The notes beneath the pieces are model-generated. The model saw nothing but the letters and a program-made list of their open reading frames with translations. It had not been told where the DNA came from and did no database searches. A program made the translations under genes and the position numbers. Below, in pieces: positions 1 to 9,982 of a stretch of 64,000 nt of DNA; positions within the stretch are counted from its first letter, which is position 1, and the number at the start of each line of letters is the position of its first letter. The stretch comes from an uncultured Alphaproteobacteria bacterium (GTDB lineage Bacteria > Pseudomonadota > Alphaproteobacteria > UBA2966): the NCBI GenBank assembly GCA_958295725.1, contig OY282368.1:2946365-3010364 (forward strand), written 5' to 3'.

Positions 1-483
1 TTCCGATTGGGCGGTATTCCATTGGCCGACCAGTACCGGATTGCCCGGCGTGGTGCCGAGTTGCAGCCGCGCGTTGATGGCGGCGACCGTACCGTGATAC
101 CGCTGGGCGTTCTCGGTCGTCGTCCGGCGGATTTTCTGCAGGCTCTCGTTACGCCGCTGGACGTTGTCCCGTAAGGTCGCGAGCTCGCCTCGCAACTGCG
201 CGACCTTCTGGCCCACGAGCGTGCCCGTGGACTGGGCGGCCGTCACGGGCGATGGAGCGAAACTTGTCGTTCCAAGCGCGGGAGGCGGCACCGACGCTGC
301 TTTCCCCGTTCCAGGCGCGGGTCCGGACACCGGGGTTTCGGCGGGTTGGGAAGCCTGGGATCGCGGCGGTTTGGGAGGCTCTTCACTCGCAAGCGACGGC
401 CACAATGCGTCGTTCACAAACGAACAACTCGAAAGGAGCAATGCCGCGCCAACCGCCGCGACATGGGTTCTATTCAGTGCCAT
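1..483 (-). CDS. putative lipoprotein (partial, runs off the window start)
   Basis: Not in the ORF track. Manual translation from ATG at 483 gives MALNRTHVAAVGAALLLSSCSFVNDALWPSL, a signal peptide with lipobox LSSC, followed by a Pro/Ser/Gly-rich linker and a coiled-coil-like region. Confidence 0.75.
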   Translation of the reverse strand, partial: MALNRTHVAAVGAALLLSSCSFVNDALWPSLASEEPPKPPRSQASQPAETPVSGPAPGTGKAASVPPPALGTTSFAPSPVTAAQSTGTLVGQKVAQLRGELATLRDNVQRRNESLQKIRRTTTENAQRYHGTVAAINARLQLGTTPGNPVLVGQWNTAQSE

Positions 484-868
484 ACCTGCGAATACCCCTT
501 GCTTTGGACCTCGTGCCGACTCAACCGCGGCGGGGAACCGTTCGATTGGAAAGGCGAATACCGACGAGCCGAAGGTCCCGAGGCCAGCCGTCCGTCGGCG
601 GTGATCTTAACGAATGGCTGGAATCGCCACAAGCGCCTGTCCCGGTTCAGGACATACGAGGCGGGAGGGTTTCTTCGGCTGTGTGTCCGGCAAGGTACTC
701 GACAGGGGTTTGTCCGTCGAGAGCCTGATGCGGTCGGAAGGTGTTGCACTCGTCGGCAAAGACGCGACGCCAGGGCGGCTCCTCGTGTAATCCGCCGCGT
801 CATCCGGTCATACCACCCGGAAAGTCGCGAGCTTCCCGGAGTTTTCGGGGCAGGATCGGAGAGAAGGC

Positions 869-944
869 TGGTGCCCAGGGGCGGAGTTGAACCACCGACA
901 CGAGGATTTTCAGTCCACTGCTCTACCGACTGAGCTACCTGGGC
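869..944 (-). tRNA. tRNA-Phe(GAA)
   Basis: Reverse complement GCCCAGGTAGCTCAGTCGGTAGAGCAGTGGACTGAAAATCCTCGTGTCGGTGGTTCAACTCCGCCCCTGGGCACCA; 76 nt cloverleaf, GAA anticodon, encoded CCA. Confidence 0.97.
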
Positions 945-985
945 ACGGCTCGCCCACCGCCAAGCGGAGTGGCGAGCGAGGCCGG

Positions 986-1014
986 GTTATAGGGAATCCG
1001 CCCCGAACTGTCCA
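986..1014 (-). promoter_or_regulatory. sigma70-type promoter for tRNA-Phe
   Basis: TGGACA-N17-TATAAC on the minus strand about 40 nt upstream of the tRNA. Confidence 0.65.
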
Positions 1015-1043
1015 CCAGGGACCGCGCGCCACGGAGGGGGCCG

Positions 1044-1934
1044 TCATGCCGCCGTCGGAGCGGCCTCGGGAGGCGCGTAATACGGGCGATCCCCCTTGAG
1101 TTGCGTGCGGTGCATGATCCGGCGCACCGAGTCGTCGAACCCGTCGCGGCGGTGCATGGCGCATCTGTTGTCCCACATCACCAGGTCTCCGATCCTCCAG
1201 GTGTGGGTCCAGGTGTTCTCCGGCGCCGTGGCGCGGCCCCACAACGTATCCAGAAGCGCCTCGCTTTCCTCCACGGAAAGTCCGGGGACGTAGGCGTTGA
1301 CGCGCCGACCCAGGAACAGCGCCGTCCGCCCGGTCACAGGATGCGTGCGAAGGATCGGATGCCGCGCGCCGGGCGTCTTCGTCACATCGGTGACCGACTC
1401 GAATCCGTGGCGGAGACCGCCCGCCGAAGTGAGCGTCGCGTCGTGGATGGCCTTCAGATCCCGCACGCGGATCTTCACGTGGTCCGGCAGGGTCTCGTAG
1501 GCGCGGTACATGTTGCAAAAGCTCGTATCGCCCCCCGCGGACGGGATCTCCAGGGAATAGAGCATCGACGCGGCTGGCGGCTCCTCGTAGGAGCTCATGT
1601 CCGTATGCCAGTCGGACTCGGCGTTTCCCAGACCGCCGATGGGACGGCCGTTCTCGACCACGTTCGAGATCACCGTGATCTCGTTGTACTCCCTCGTGGA
1701 CACCTTGCCGCTGGGCGTCGCCCCGATGGGGGCGCCATCGAGTTCCCCGAACCGGCTGCTGAACGCGACGAGTTGCGGATCGTCGATCGTCTGCCCCCGA
1801 ATCAGCAGGACGAGGTGTTCCATCCAGGCGTCGTGAATCTCGCGAATCGTCCCGTCGTCCAGGCGCTCGGCAAGATCGACGCCCCTGATCTCGGCGCCGA
1901 GCACATTGGACAACGGATGCACCGTGACTCCCAT
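1044..1934 (-). CDS. TauD/TfdA family Fe(II)/2-oxoglutarate dioxygenase
   Basis: N-terminal LGAEIRGVDL, WHTD (HxD) motif, MWDNRCAMHRR distal His; start at MGVTVHPLS after a GGGGAG RBS. Confidence 0.9.
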   Translation of the reverse strand: MGVTVHPLSNVLGAEIRGVDLAERLDDGTIREIHDAWMEHLVLLIRGQTIDDPQLVAFSSRFGELDGAPIGATPSGKVSTREYNEITVISNVVENGRPIGGLGNAESDWHTDMSSYEEPPAASMLYSLEIPSAGGDTSFCNMYRAYETLPDHVKIRVRDLKAIHDATLTSAGGLRHGFESVTDVTKTPGARHPILRTHPVTGRTALFLGRRVNAYVPGLSVEESEALLDTLWGRATAPENTWTHTWRIGDLVMWDNRCAMHRRDGFDDSVRRIMHRTQLKGDRPYYAPPEAAPTAA

Positions 1935-2057
1935 CTCCCCGATTCTCCTGTTTCCCTTCCACCAGTTTCGCCGTGCGCGACACCCAAACATAGCGCATTC
2001 GCGCCACGTCACAAGTCACGGCCCGGTCGCGCCACCGCCCACACGCGGCCCGCGCGA

Positions 2058-2300
2058 TCAACCGGGATCGTCCGCCTCCGGGGCCGCTTCGGCCGCTTCG
2101 ATCAATTCTTCCAGATCCGCGCCGTCGGGCGGTTCCACCGCCGGAATGACGTAGGAGCCGGAAAACCACTTACCCAGATCGATCTCCCGGCAACGCCTGG
2201 AACAGAACGGCCGATGATCCCGGCTCGCGGGCAGCCCGCAGATGGGACAGGCCGCCGCCTTGGCCCGCCTCGGCTTTACCGGTAGACGCTCGACCGTCAC
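2058..2300 (-). CDS. yacG: DNA gyrase inhibitor YacG
   Basis: CPICG...[16 protein letters not shown] zinc motif; position after maf/rng. Confidence 0.9.
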   Translation of the reverse strand: MTVERLPVKPRRAKAAACPICGLPASRDHRPFCSRRCREIDLGKWFSGSYVIPAVEPPDGADLEELIEAAEAAPEADDPG

Positions 2301-2333
2301 GGCCGCCCCGCGCGCGCCCCGAGGCGCGGAGTC

Positions 2334-3782
2334 CTAGCGGCCGCGTACGACATCGAAACGGTCGGGCGCGAACGCCTCGTCCCGGCGGAACGCGACCGCG
2401 CAGCCCAGACGCTGGCGGAGAGCGTCCGCACCGACGGTCCGCTCGAGGATCGAGATCACGTCCGGAGCCGCGAAGATGGTCAGGAAACCGCCCGGGTTCT
2501 CTTCGGCCTCGCGCTCTGCCGTCGCCAGGATGTGATCCGCGGCCGTTTCCGCCGTATCGACGAAGCCCAGTCCCTCGCAGACCGGGCAGGTCCGGCCGAC
2601 GATCTCCGACAACGCCGGACCGGACCGGCGTCGGGTCATCTCCAGCAGACCGAACCGGGACAGCGCGCCCACGTCGGTCGGTACGGGATCGTCGCGAAGG
2701 GCGTCCCGCAGCGCCTCCACCACGCGGTCGGCGTTCTCTCGTCGGCGCATGCGGATGAAATCGATGACGATGGCGCCCCCGATCCCCCGCAGGCGAAGCT
2801 GGCGCCCGACCTCCTCCGCGGCCTCCAGATTGATCCGCAACGCAGCCTCCTCGGGGTGGCCCCGGTTCCGTTCCCCGGAATCGACGTCGATCGCCGTCAG
2901 CGCCGCCGTCGTCTCGATAACGATCCGGCCGCCACCGGGCAAAGGCACGCTCGGCTCGAGGACCTCCCCCACCTGGTCCTCGATCTCGTGACGGTCGAAG
3001 AGGCCGCCGCGCCCGGTATGAAGCGACATGCGGTCGGCCAGCGCCGGCGCGACCGCGCCCGCGTATGTCCTGGCGTCGGCCAGCGCCGCCGCGTCATCGA
3101 CGAGCACCGTCGTCTCGGGCGACGACGCAAGGTCGCGAACGGCGCGCCCGACGGCGCCCAGGTCGGCATGGACGATGGCCGGGGGGGCGGCCTTGTCCGC
3201 GTCCCGGAGTATCGTCCGCCAGACTTGACGAAGCGCGTCCAGTTCCCGGGAAAGTTCCCCGGAACCGGCTCCTTCCGCGTTGGTTCGGACGATCGCGCCC
3301 TCGTCGTCACCCAACAACTCTTCCAGGACGCCGGAAAGACGATCGCGCTCGGTCTCGTCGCGAATGCGGCGCGACAGCGCGACACCGGTCCCATAAGGAA
3401 CATAGATCAGCGTCCGCCCGGGCAACGAGATCGACGTCGTCAGGCGGGCGCCCTTGTCGCGCAAGGCGTCGCGGGCGACCTGAACGAGTATGGCGTCTCC
3501 CTCGTGAACGAGCCTGTCGATCGGCGGCGCCCGGTCATCGCGCCGGTCCCCGGCCAGCTCGCGGGCATCGTCGGCCGACAGGAACCCATCGCGCTCCAGT
3601 CCTACATCCACGAACGCAGCGCGCAGGGTGGGCACGACACCGAGCGCCCGCCCGAGGTAGACGTTTCCGACCGCGCCGCGCCGGCCCGTCGGCTCGACGA
3701 CGAGATCGACGAGATCGCCGTCGGACACCCGGGCCACCCGCGTCAGGAGGGGGCTGACGTTGATCAGGATCTCCTCGGCCAT
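2334..3782 (-). CDS. rng: ribonuclease E/G family protein (RNase G-like)
   Basis: GNVYLGR, AAFVDVG S1 domain, TAIDVDSG, LRGIGGAIVIDFI, GLLEMTR, CPVCEG. Confidence 0.9.
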   Translation of the reverse strand: MAEEILINVSPLLTRVARVSDGDLVDLVVEPTGRRGAVGNVYLGRALGVVPTLRAAFVDVGLERDGFLSADDARELAGDRRDDRAPPIDRLVHEGDAILVQVARDALRDKGARLTTSISLPGRTLIYVPYGTGVALSRRIRDETERDRLSGVLEELLGDDEGAIVRTNAEGAGSGELSRELDALRQVWRTILRDADKAAPPAIVHADLGAVGRAVRDLASSPETTVLVDDAAALADARTYAGAVAPALADRMSLHTGRGGLFDRHEIEDQVGEVLEPSVPLPGGGRIVIETTAALTAIDVDSGERNRGHPEEAALRINLEAAEEVGRQLRLRGIGGAIVIDFIRMRRRENADRVVEALRDALRDDPVPTDVGALSRFGLLEMTRRRSGPALSEIVGRTCPVCEGLGFVDTAETAADHILATAEREAEENPGGFLTIFAAPDVISILERTVGADALRQRLGCAVAFRRDEAFAPDRFDVVRGR

Positions 3783-3783
3783 C

Positions 3784-4404
3784 TCATGCCTCGACGCCGG
3801 ATCGGCGCTGCGCCTCCACGACAGGATACCCGAGCCCGGACAGCATCGCCGCGGTTTCGTGAAGCGGCAGGCCGACGACCCCGGAAAAGGAGCCCCGTAG
3901 CCAGCGGACGAAAAGCGCGGCGCGCCCCTGGATCGCGTAACCGCCCGCCTTGCCCCGCCATTCCCCGCAGGCGACGTAGGAGTCGATCTCCTGCCTCTCG
4001 AGCCTCTTGAAGGCGACGGTCGACGTGACGAGACGGGATCTCGCGCGCCGCCGCGTATCGACCACCGCCACGCCCGAGAACACGCGGTGACGCCGGCCCG
4101 ACAGCAGATCGAGGCAGTACCGGACCTCGTCCTCGTCGTTCGCCTTCGGAAGGATACGCCGACCGCAGGCCACGACCGTGTCGGCGGCGACGACGAACGC
4201 GTCCACGCGCGACCCGGCGACCCGGCGGGCCTTTTCCCGCGCCAGCCGCAGCGCCAAGTGTCCGGGCAACTCGCCCCGGAGCGGGGTTTCGTCGACCTCC
4301 GCGGTACACATCTCGTCGGGCGCCAGACCGGCTTGAAGGAGCAACCGGCGACGCCGGGGCGAAGCCGAGGCGAGGACCAGAGCCGGACCGGGCGCTGTGC
4401 CCAA
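3784..4404 (-). CDS. maf: Maf family nucleoside triphosphate pyrophosphatase
   Basis: LVLASASPRR, ADTVV, GKAGGYAIQG, SGVVGLPL. Confidence 0.93.
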   Translation of the reverse strand: MGTAPGPALVLASASPRRRRLLLQAGLAPDEMCTAEVDETPLRGELPGHLALRLAREKARRVAGSRVDAFVVAADTVVACGRRILPKANDEDEVRYCLDLLSGRRHRVFSGVAVVDTRRRARSRLVTSTVAFKRLERQEIDSYVACGEWRGKAGGYAIQGRAALFVRWLRGSFSGVVGLPLHETAAMLSGLGYPVVEAQRRSGVEA

Positions 4405-4415
4405 CGAGAAACCGG

Positions 4416-4634
4416 TTACTTGTAGCGGAACGTGATGCGGCCCTTGGTCAGGTCGTAGGGAGTCATCTCGACCAGGACCTTGTCGCCGGCAAGCACGCGA
4501 ATGCGGTGCTTGCGCATCTTTCCCGCAGTGTGGGCCAATACCTCGTGACCGTTCTCCAGCTCGACCCGGAACATGGCGTTCGGGAGGAGCTCGTTCACGA
4601 CGCCGGGAAACTCCAGCAGTTCTTCCTTAGCCAT
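4416..4634 (-). CDS. infA: translation initiation factor IF-1
   Basis: 72 aa [11 protein letters not shown]...[14 protein letters not shown]...[15 protein letters not shown]. Confidence 0.98.
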   Translation of the reverse strand: MAKEELLEFPGVVNELLPNAMFRVELENGHEVLAHTAGKMRKHRIRVLAGDKVLVEMTPYDLTKGRITFRYK

Positions 4635-4790
4635 CCATCCTCCAGCATCGACGGAACCGATCGGGCCCATGCGGCACCCGCATGGGCCGCAATGAAGGCG
4701 CGGAACCGCCAAAAAATCAAGCCCGCGTCCTGGCGCGCTACATGCGGGACATCGAGGCCTCGTCGGCCATGCGATCGGCGAGGCGCCGGG

Positions 4791-5249
4791 CTACGGTCCC
4801 AAGGGGCGGGTCGCGGGCGGGACGCCGTCCGAGAAGCGCCGCAGGATGCGCTCGTGGAGCGAATCCCGGACGCCGCGATAGGCGTCGACTATCGTCTTGC
4901 GGTTGCCCCGCGCCACCGTGGCGTCCAGGGTCTGCCAGTATTCGAGCTCGCAGGCCATGGTGCGCGTCAGCTCGACGGCGCGGTGCTGGGCATCGGGGGA
5001 GAGCGAGATCACGAGGTCGTAGGACGTGTCCTCGAGCTGATCGAAGGTCTTGGGCTTGTGACGTGAGAGATCGATCCCGATCTCCTCCATGACGGCCACG
5101 ACGAAGGCGTCGGGCTCGCCCTGCCTCACGCCCACCGAGTCGACGTAGACCCGATGACCGTAATGGTGCTTCATGATGCCCTCGGCCATCGGCGAGCGCA
5201 CCGCGTTCATGGTGCACGAGTACAAAACCGCGTGGGGGAGATCGACCAT
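4791..5249 (-). CDS. low-molecular-weight phosphatase / ArsC-like protein
   Basis: P-loop CTMNAVRSPMAE; conserved position between UPF0262 and infA. Confidence 0.88.
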   Translation of the reverse strand: MVDLPHAVLYSCTMNAVRSPMAEGIMKHHYGHRVYVDSVGVRQGEPDAFVVAVMEEIGIDLSRHKPKTFDQLEDTSYDLVISLSPDAQHRAVELTRTMACELEYWQTLDATVARGNRKTIVDAYRGVRDSLHERILRRFSDGVPPATRPLGP

Positions 5250-5273
5250 CGTTTCCGCCCCCGGCTCCCGAAG

Positions 5274-5747
5274 TCAGCCCCGGAAATGGAGCACGCAAAG
5301 CAGCGTGAAGAGCCGCCGGGAGGTGGCCTCGTCCACGTCCACCTTGGCCGCGAGATGGCGCCGCAGGAGCTCGGCGCCTTCGTCGTGCAACCCCTTCCGT
5401 CCCATGTCGATGGCCTCGATGCGGGACGGCGATGCCGTCTTGATGGCGTCGTAGTAGCTCTCGCAGATCTGGAAGTATTCGCGAATGACGCGACGGAACG
5501 GCGTCAGTGCCAGAACGACGGTGTCGATCTCGCGGTCGTCCTCGGAGCGCACTTCCAGAACGAGCCGGCCCTCGCGGGCGCCGATGCGCACCCGGAACGG
5601 ACCTTCGGCCCCGCACGTCGGGGCGAACCGGTTCTCCTGCAGCAGGTCGAAGACGGCGACCCGGCGCTCGTGGTCGACGTCGGGGTTGCGCCGGACGAAG
5701 CTGTGCTCGTCGAGCGTGACGTCGATGATCCGATGATGATCGGGCAC
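5274..5747 (-). CDS. UPF0262 family protein
   Basis: HERRVAVFDLLQEN, YYDAIKTASPSRIEAIDMGRKGLH, RRLFTLLCVLH; GTG start just after hisD. Confidence 0.88.
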   Translation of the reverse strand: MPDHHRIIDVTLDEHSFVRRNPDVDHERRVAVFDLLQENRFAPTCGAEGPFRVRIGAREGRLVLEVRSEDDREIDTVVLALTPFRRVIREYFQICESYYDAIKTASPSRIEAIDMGRKGLHDEGAELLRRHLAAKVDVDEATSRRLFTLLCVLHFRG

Positions 5748-5752
5748 GGCCC

Positions 5753-7063
5753 TCAGGATCCGGTAGGTCCATCGTCGTTCAGGCGGATGGTCAGCGACAA
5801 TGCGTGAGCGCCGAACCCTTCGGATTCCGCGAGGGTGGCCGCCGCCGGCCCGATGGCCCGGAGACCCCGGGCGCCGCACCGTACCAGCGAAGTCCGTTTC
5901 ATGAAGTCGAGGACCGAGAGGCCCGACGAGTACCGGGCGCTGCGCGCGGTGGGGAGCACATGGCTCGGGCCCGCCACGTAGTCGCCCACCGCTTCCGGCG
6001 TGTAGCGACCGAGGAAGATCGCGCCGGCGTTGCGCACGGCGCGCGCCAGCAGGTCGGGATCCGACACCGCGAGCTCGAGATGCTCGGGCGCGATTCGGTC
6101 GATGATCGGCGGCGCGGCGTCCAGGGAGTCGACCAGGATGACGGCGCCGTGGTCCCGCCACGCGGCGGCGGCGATGGCGGCGCGCTCGAGGCGCGTGAGG
6201 TGGCCGGAGACCGCGCGCTCGACCGCGTCGGCGAAGCCGGCGTCGTCCGTCATCAGGATCGCCTGCGCGGTCTCGTCGTGTTCCGCCTGGGACAGCAGAT
6301 CGGCGGCGATCCAGGCCGGGTCGTTCCGGGAGTCCGCCACGACGAGGATCTCGGAGGGTCCGGCGATCATGTCTATGCCGACATCGCCGAACAGGTACCG
6401 TTTGGCCGCGGTCACGTAGGCGTTTCCCGGACCGACGATCTTGTCGACCGCAGGTATGGCGTCCGTCCCCAACGCCAGCGCGGCGATCGCGTGCGCGCCC
6501 CCGATCCGGTAGACCTCGGTGACGCCGGCGAGGGCCGCGGCCACCGCGACCATGGGATGGAATCCGCCTTCGGCCGCCGGAACCGTCATGGCGATCCTGT
6601 CGACACCCGCGATCCGGGCGGGAATGGCGGTCATCAACACGGTCGACGGATAGGCCGCCGACCCGCCCGGCACGTATAACCCCACGGCGGGAATCGGGGT
6701 CCAGCGGTGTCCCAGCGTGACGCCGTCCCGGTCCTCGAACTCGAGATCTTCGGGAACCTGCCGCCGGTGATACGCCTCGATCCGCCGGGCGGCGACGGCG
6801 AGCGCCTCCCGGGCCGCGGCCGGCGCGGCGACGGCGACCTGTTCCATCTCCTTCTCCGGAACGCGCAGCGTCTCCGGGGCGAGGATCTGGCCGTCGAACC
6901 GCTCCGCGCAGGCGACGACCGCCGCGTCGCCGCGCCTCCGGACGTCGTCGACGATGTGCGCGACGTCCCGGGAGACGTCGGCCGCCGCCTCGCGCCTGGT
7001 ACGGAGAAAGGCCGCGAACGCGGTCTCGAACGCTGCGTCCGACGTCTCGAGTCTAATCGGCAT
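5753..7063 (-). CDS. hisD: histidinol dehydrogenase
   Basis: [49 protein letters not shown]. Confidence 0.97.
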   Translation of the reverse strand: MPIRLETSDAAFETAFAAFLRTRREAAADVSRDVAHIVDDVRRRGDAAVVACAERFDGQILAPETLRVPEKEMEQVAVAAPAAAREALAVAARRIEAYHRRQVPEDLEFEDRDGVTLGHRWTPIPAVGLYVPGGSAAYPSTVLMTAIPARIAGVDRIAMTVPAAEGGFHPMVAVAAALAGVTEVYRIGGAHAIAALALGTDAIPAVDKIVGPGNAYVTAAKRYLFGDVGIDMIAGPSEILVVADSRNDPAWIAADLLSQAEHDETAQAILMTDDAGFADAVERAVSGHLTRLERAAIAAAAWRDHGAVILVDSLDAAPPIIDRIAPEHLELAVSDPDLLARAVRNAGAIFLGRYTPEAVGDYVAGPSHVLPTARSARYSSGLSVLDFMKRTSLVRCGARGLRAIGPAAATLAESEGFGAHALSLTIRLNDDGPTGS

Positions 7064-7706
7064 GGGACGCCTCCCGGAACCGTTGGATCCATTCGCCGAT
7101 CTCGCGAGATCGAGTCTTCAGCGCGGCGCGGTTGACGGCCAGGCGGGAGGTCACGTCGGCGATGTGCTCGATCTCCACCAGCCCGTTCGCCCGGAGCGTC
7201 GCGCCCGTGGACACGAGGTCGACGATGCGCCGGCAGAGTCCGAGCGCCGGAGCCAGCTCCATCGCCCCGTGCAGATGGATGCATTCCGCCTGCACGCCGC
7301 GGGCCGCGAAGTGGCGACGGGCGATCGAGGGGTACTTCGTCGCCACGCGGACATGGCTCCAGCGCGACGGATCGTCGTGGGCGCCGAGCTCCGCGGGTTC
7401 GGCGACGACGAGGCGGCACTTTCCCACGCCCATGTCGAGCGGCGCGTAGACTTCGGGATACTGGAACTCGGTCAACACGTCGTTTCCGGCGACTCCGAGC
7501 TGCGCGCCGCCGAAGGCGACGAAGGTCGCGACGTCGAAGCTCCGCACCCGGACGATGGAGACGCGCGGGAGATTCGTGTCGAACCGCAGCCGGCGCGACG
7601 CGGGATCGTCGAACGCCGGTTCCGGCTCCACGCCGGCCCGGCGCACGACGTCCATGACCTCGCGCAGTATGCGCCCGCGCGGGAGCGCGATGACGATGGG
7701 TTCCAT
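7053..7706 (-). CDS. hisG: ATP phosphoribosyltransferase, short form (requires HisZ, not seen in window)
   Basis: [47 protein letters not shown]; about 217 aa. Confidence 0.95.
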   Translation of the reverse strand: MEPIVIALPRGRILREVMDVVRRAGVEPEPAFDDPASRRLRFDTNLPRVSIVRVRSFDVATFVAFGGAQLGVAGNDVLTEFQYPEVYAPLDMGVGKCRLVVAEPAELGAHDDPSRWSHVRVATKYPSIARRHFAARGVQAECIHLHGAMELAPALGLCRRIVDLVSTGATLRANGLVEIEHIADVTSRLAVNRAALKTRSREIGEWIQRFREASHAD

Positions 7707-7723
7707 CGCGGACACGGCGCGTC

Positions 7724-8182
7724 TCAGTCCGCCGCGTCGACGGCGTGCCGGGGCCGGCGCCGCGTGACCCATGGCCGCCCCTGGTCGGTCAGCCGGCATT
7801 CGATGCACTCCACGCCCAGACGGATGACGCCGCCGCCGGCGAACACCAGGTCCACCCGCGGCGCGGAATCGGAGGCATCGGAAGCGGCCACCGCCAGCAG
7901 CGCCAGGACCTCCTCCCGCGCGTCCAGGTCGAGGTCACGGCTCCGCACGCCGAGAACGTCATCGAAGTGGAGCACCGAGCGGACTCGCCGATAGAGCTTG
8001 CCGGCGACGGGTTCGCCGTCGTCCCGCTCCCACATGAAACGGTCCAGAAGCACGAGGAACCGTCGCTCCCGCTCGCGGAAGACCATGCCGCCCGGACGGA
8101 CCAGGGCGTCCTGGACCATGGTGGAGACCACCGAGAGATCCTCCGCGTCCCGCGCGCTCAACTTGAGCGGTCCGTCGGTCAC
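7724..8182 (-). CDS. DUF2948 family protein
   Basis: [32 protein letters not shown]; canonical murA-his context. Confidence 0.88.
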   Translation of the reverse strand: MTDGPLKLSARDAEDLSVVSTMVQDALVRPGGMVFRERERRFLVLLDRFMWERDDGEPVAGKLYRRVRSVLHFDDVLGVRSRDLDLDAREEVLALLAVAASDASDSAPRVDLVFAGGGVIRLGVECIECRLTDQGRPWVTRRRPRHAVDAAD

Positions 8183-9483
8183 GCGCCGGCTTCTCCGCGC
8201 GCCGGGATACGCTCGATCCGCGCGCCGCAGGCGACGAGTTTCGGCACCAGCCGCTCATAGCCGCGGTCGAGGTGGTAGACGCGGCTCACCAGCGTGTCGC
8301 CGGTCGCCGCGAGCCCGGCGAGGACGAGCGAAACGGAGGCCCGCAGGTCGGTGGCCATGACGGGCGCGCCCTTCAGCTCGGGAACGCCGCGCACCGTCGC
8401 CGCGGATCCGGTCACGGTGATGTCGGCGCCCATGCGCGCGAGTTCCGGCACGTGCATGAAGCGGTTTTCGAAGATCGTCTCGGTGATCACCGCCGCCCCG
8501 TCGCCGAACGCCATCAGCGCCATGACCTGCGCCTGCATGTCGGTGGGGAATCCGGGATAGGGTTGCGTGGTGACGTCGACGGCAGCGATCCCCGCGCCGT
8601 CACGGCGGACGCGGAGCCCTCCGGTCTCCGCCGTCACCTCGACGCCGGCGCGCTCCATCACTTCCGTCACGGCGCCGACCGGACCGGCGTCCGCGTGGCG
8701 CAGCGTCAGGTCTCCGCCCGTGATCGCGGCGGCGACGGCGAACGTGCCCGTCTCCACCCGGTCGGGCATCACGCGATAGCGGGCCCCCGACAGCCGGGGA
8801 ACGCCGGCGACGACCAACCGGTCCGTGCCGACGCCGTCGATCCTCGCGCCCATGGCGACGAGGCAATTCGCGAGATCGCCGATCTCGGGTTCCCGGGCCG
8901 CGTTCTCGAGGACCGTCTCTCCCTCCGCCAGCGTCGCCGCCATCAACACGTTCTCGGTCGCCCCGACCGACACCTTGGGGAACCGGACGACGGATCCCTT
9001 GAGGCCCCGCGGCGCCCGCGCCTCGATATAGCCGTCCGTCAGGTCGAGCTCCGCGCCGAGCTCCGTCAGGCCCGCCAGATGGAGGTCCACCGGGCGCGTT
9101 CCGATGGCGCAACCGCCCGGAAGCGAGACCCTCGCCCGTCCGGCGCGCGCGAGCAGCGGCCCCAGCACGAGGATCGACGCCCGCATCCTGCGCACGAGGT
9201 CGTATGGTGCGGTCGTTCCCGACAGGGCGCCGCAGGTCAGCGTCAGGACACGGCCGATGTGTCCGCCGTCGTCGGCATCGCCCTCCATGACGATGTCGAC
9301 GCCGAGCGACGTCAGCAGGTTCGCCAGCGTGCTGATATCCACGAGGTGCGGCAGATTGGACAGGCGCAGGGGCTCGTCCGTCAGCAGGCTCGCCACCATC
9401 AGCGGCAGGGCCGCGTTCTTCGCCCCGCTGATGGGAATGTCGCCCTCAAGCGGCACGCCGCCGGTGATGCGGATCCTGTCCAT
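8179..9483 (-). CDS. murA: UDP-N-acetylglucosamine 1-carboxyvinyltransferase
   Basis: [48 protein letters not shown]. Confidence 0.98.
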   Translation of the reverse strand: MDRIRITGGVPLEGDIPISGAKNAALPLMVASLLTDEPLRLSNLPHLVDISTLANLLTSLGVDIVMEGDADDGGHIGRVLTLTCGALSGTTAPYDLVRRMRASILVLGPLLARAGRARVSLPGGCAIGTRPVDLHLAGLTELGAELDLTDGYIEARAPRGLKGSVVRFPKVSVGATENVLMAATLAEGETVLENAAREPEIGDLANCLVAMGARIDGVGTDRLVVAGVPRLSGARYRVMPDRVETGTFAVAAAITGGDLTLRHADAGPVGAVTEVMERAGVEVTAETGGLRVRRDGAGIAAVDVTTQPYPGFPTDMQAQVMALMAFGDGAAVITETIFENRFMHVPELARMGADITVTGSAATVRGVPELKGAPVMATDLRASVSLVLAGLAATGDTLVSRVYHLDRGYERLVPKLVACGARIERIPARGEAGA

Positions 9484-9547
9484 GAACCTTAATCCGGCGC
9501 CACGGCCCCGCGAGCCGTTCGCGCCTCTCCCGGGCCGGGCTGGCGCC

Positions 9548-9575
9548 GTTGTAGCCCAATCCGGCGCCCGTGCAA
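9548..9575 (-). promoter_or_regulatory. possible sigma70 promoter for the murA operon
   Basis: TTGCAC-N16-TACAAC on the minus strand about 65 nt upstream of murA. Confidence 0.35.
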
Positions 9576-9639
9576 ACCGCGGGGCCGGTCGGGAGAGGCC
9601 GCCCTCCCGGAGCGCCGTACTCCCCTTCGGTTACCCGCG

Positions 9640-9798
9640 CTACTCGCGCGGCCGGCCGGCGGGGCGAGCCCGCGCCGCGGCCGACTCCCGGTCGCGTTCG
9701 CGGGCCTGCCGCTTGCGGCGTCGCAGGTTCCGGCGCAACGCCTCCGACAGGCGCTCGCTTCGTCGGGGATCCTTCCCGCTCTTCCGGTCTTCCGCCAT
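9640..9798 (-). CDS. small basic hypothetical protein
   Basis: 52 aa with ERLSEALRRNLRRRKRQAR and a GAGGA RBS; resembles the small protein I recall upstream of murA in Alphaproteobacteria. Confidence 0.7.
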   Translation of the reverse strand: MAEDRKSGKDPRRSERLSEALRRNLRRRKRQARERDRESAAARARPAGRPRE

Positions 9799-9982
9799 AT
9801 CCTCGATCCGGCATGGACGGCGCGGCGAACCGCCCGAACGGGCGGGCGAACGCCCCGCCGGTTTCCCCGACCCCACCGTCGACGCGACGACGCCTTCACG
9901 GAGAGCGCCGGAGGCGGCGACATCGCGGCCGCCGGGCCCACGGTTGTCACGGCGTTCGTCGGGCGCCTAGAGTGGCGTCGTC

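Noticed and set aside
484-868. sRNA or CtrA site between the lipoprotein gene and tRNA-Phe
   Set aside because: Only a TTAAC half-site and no recognisable RNA family or terminator
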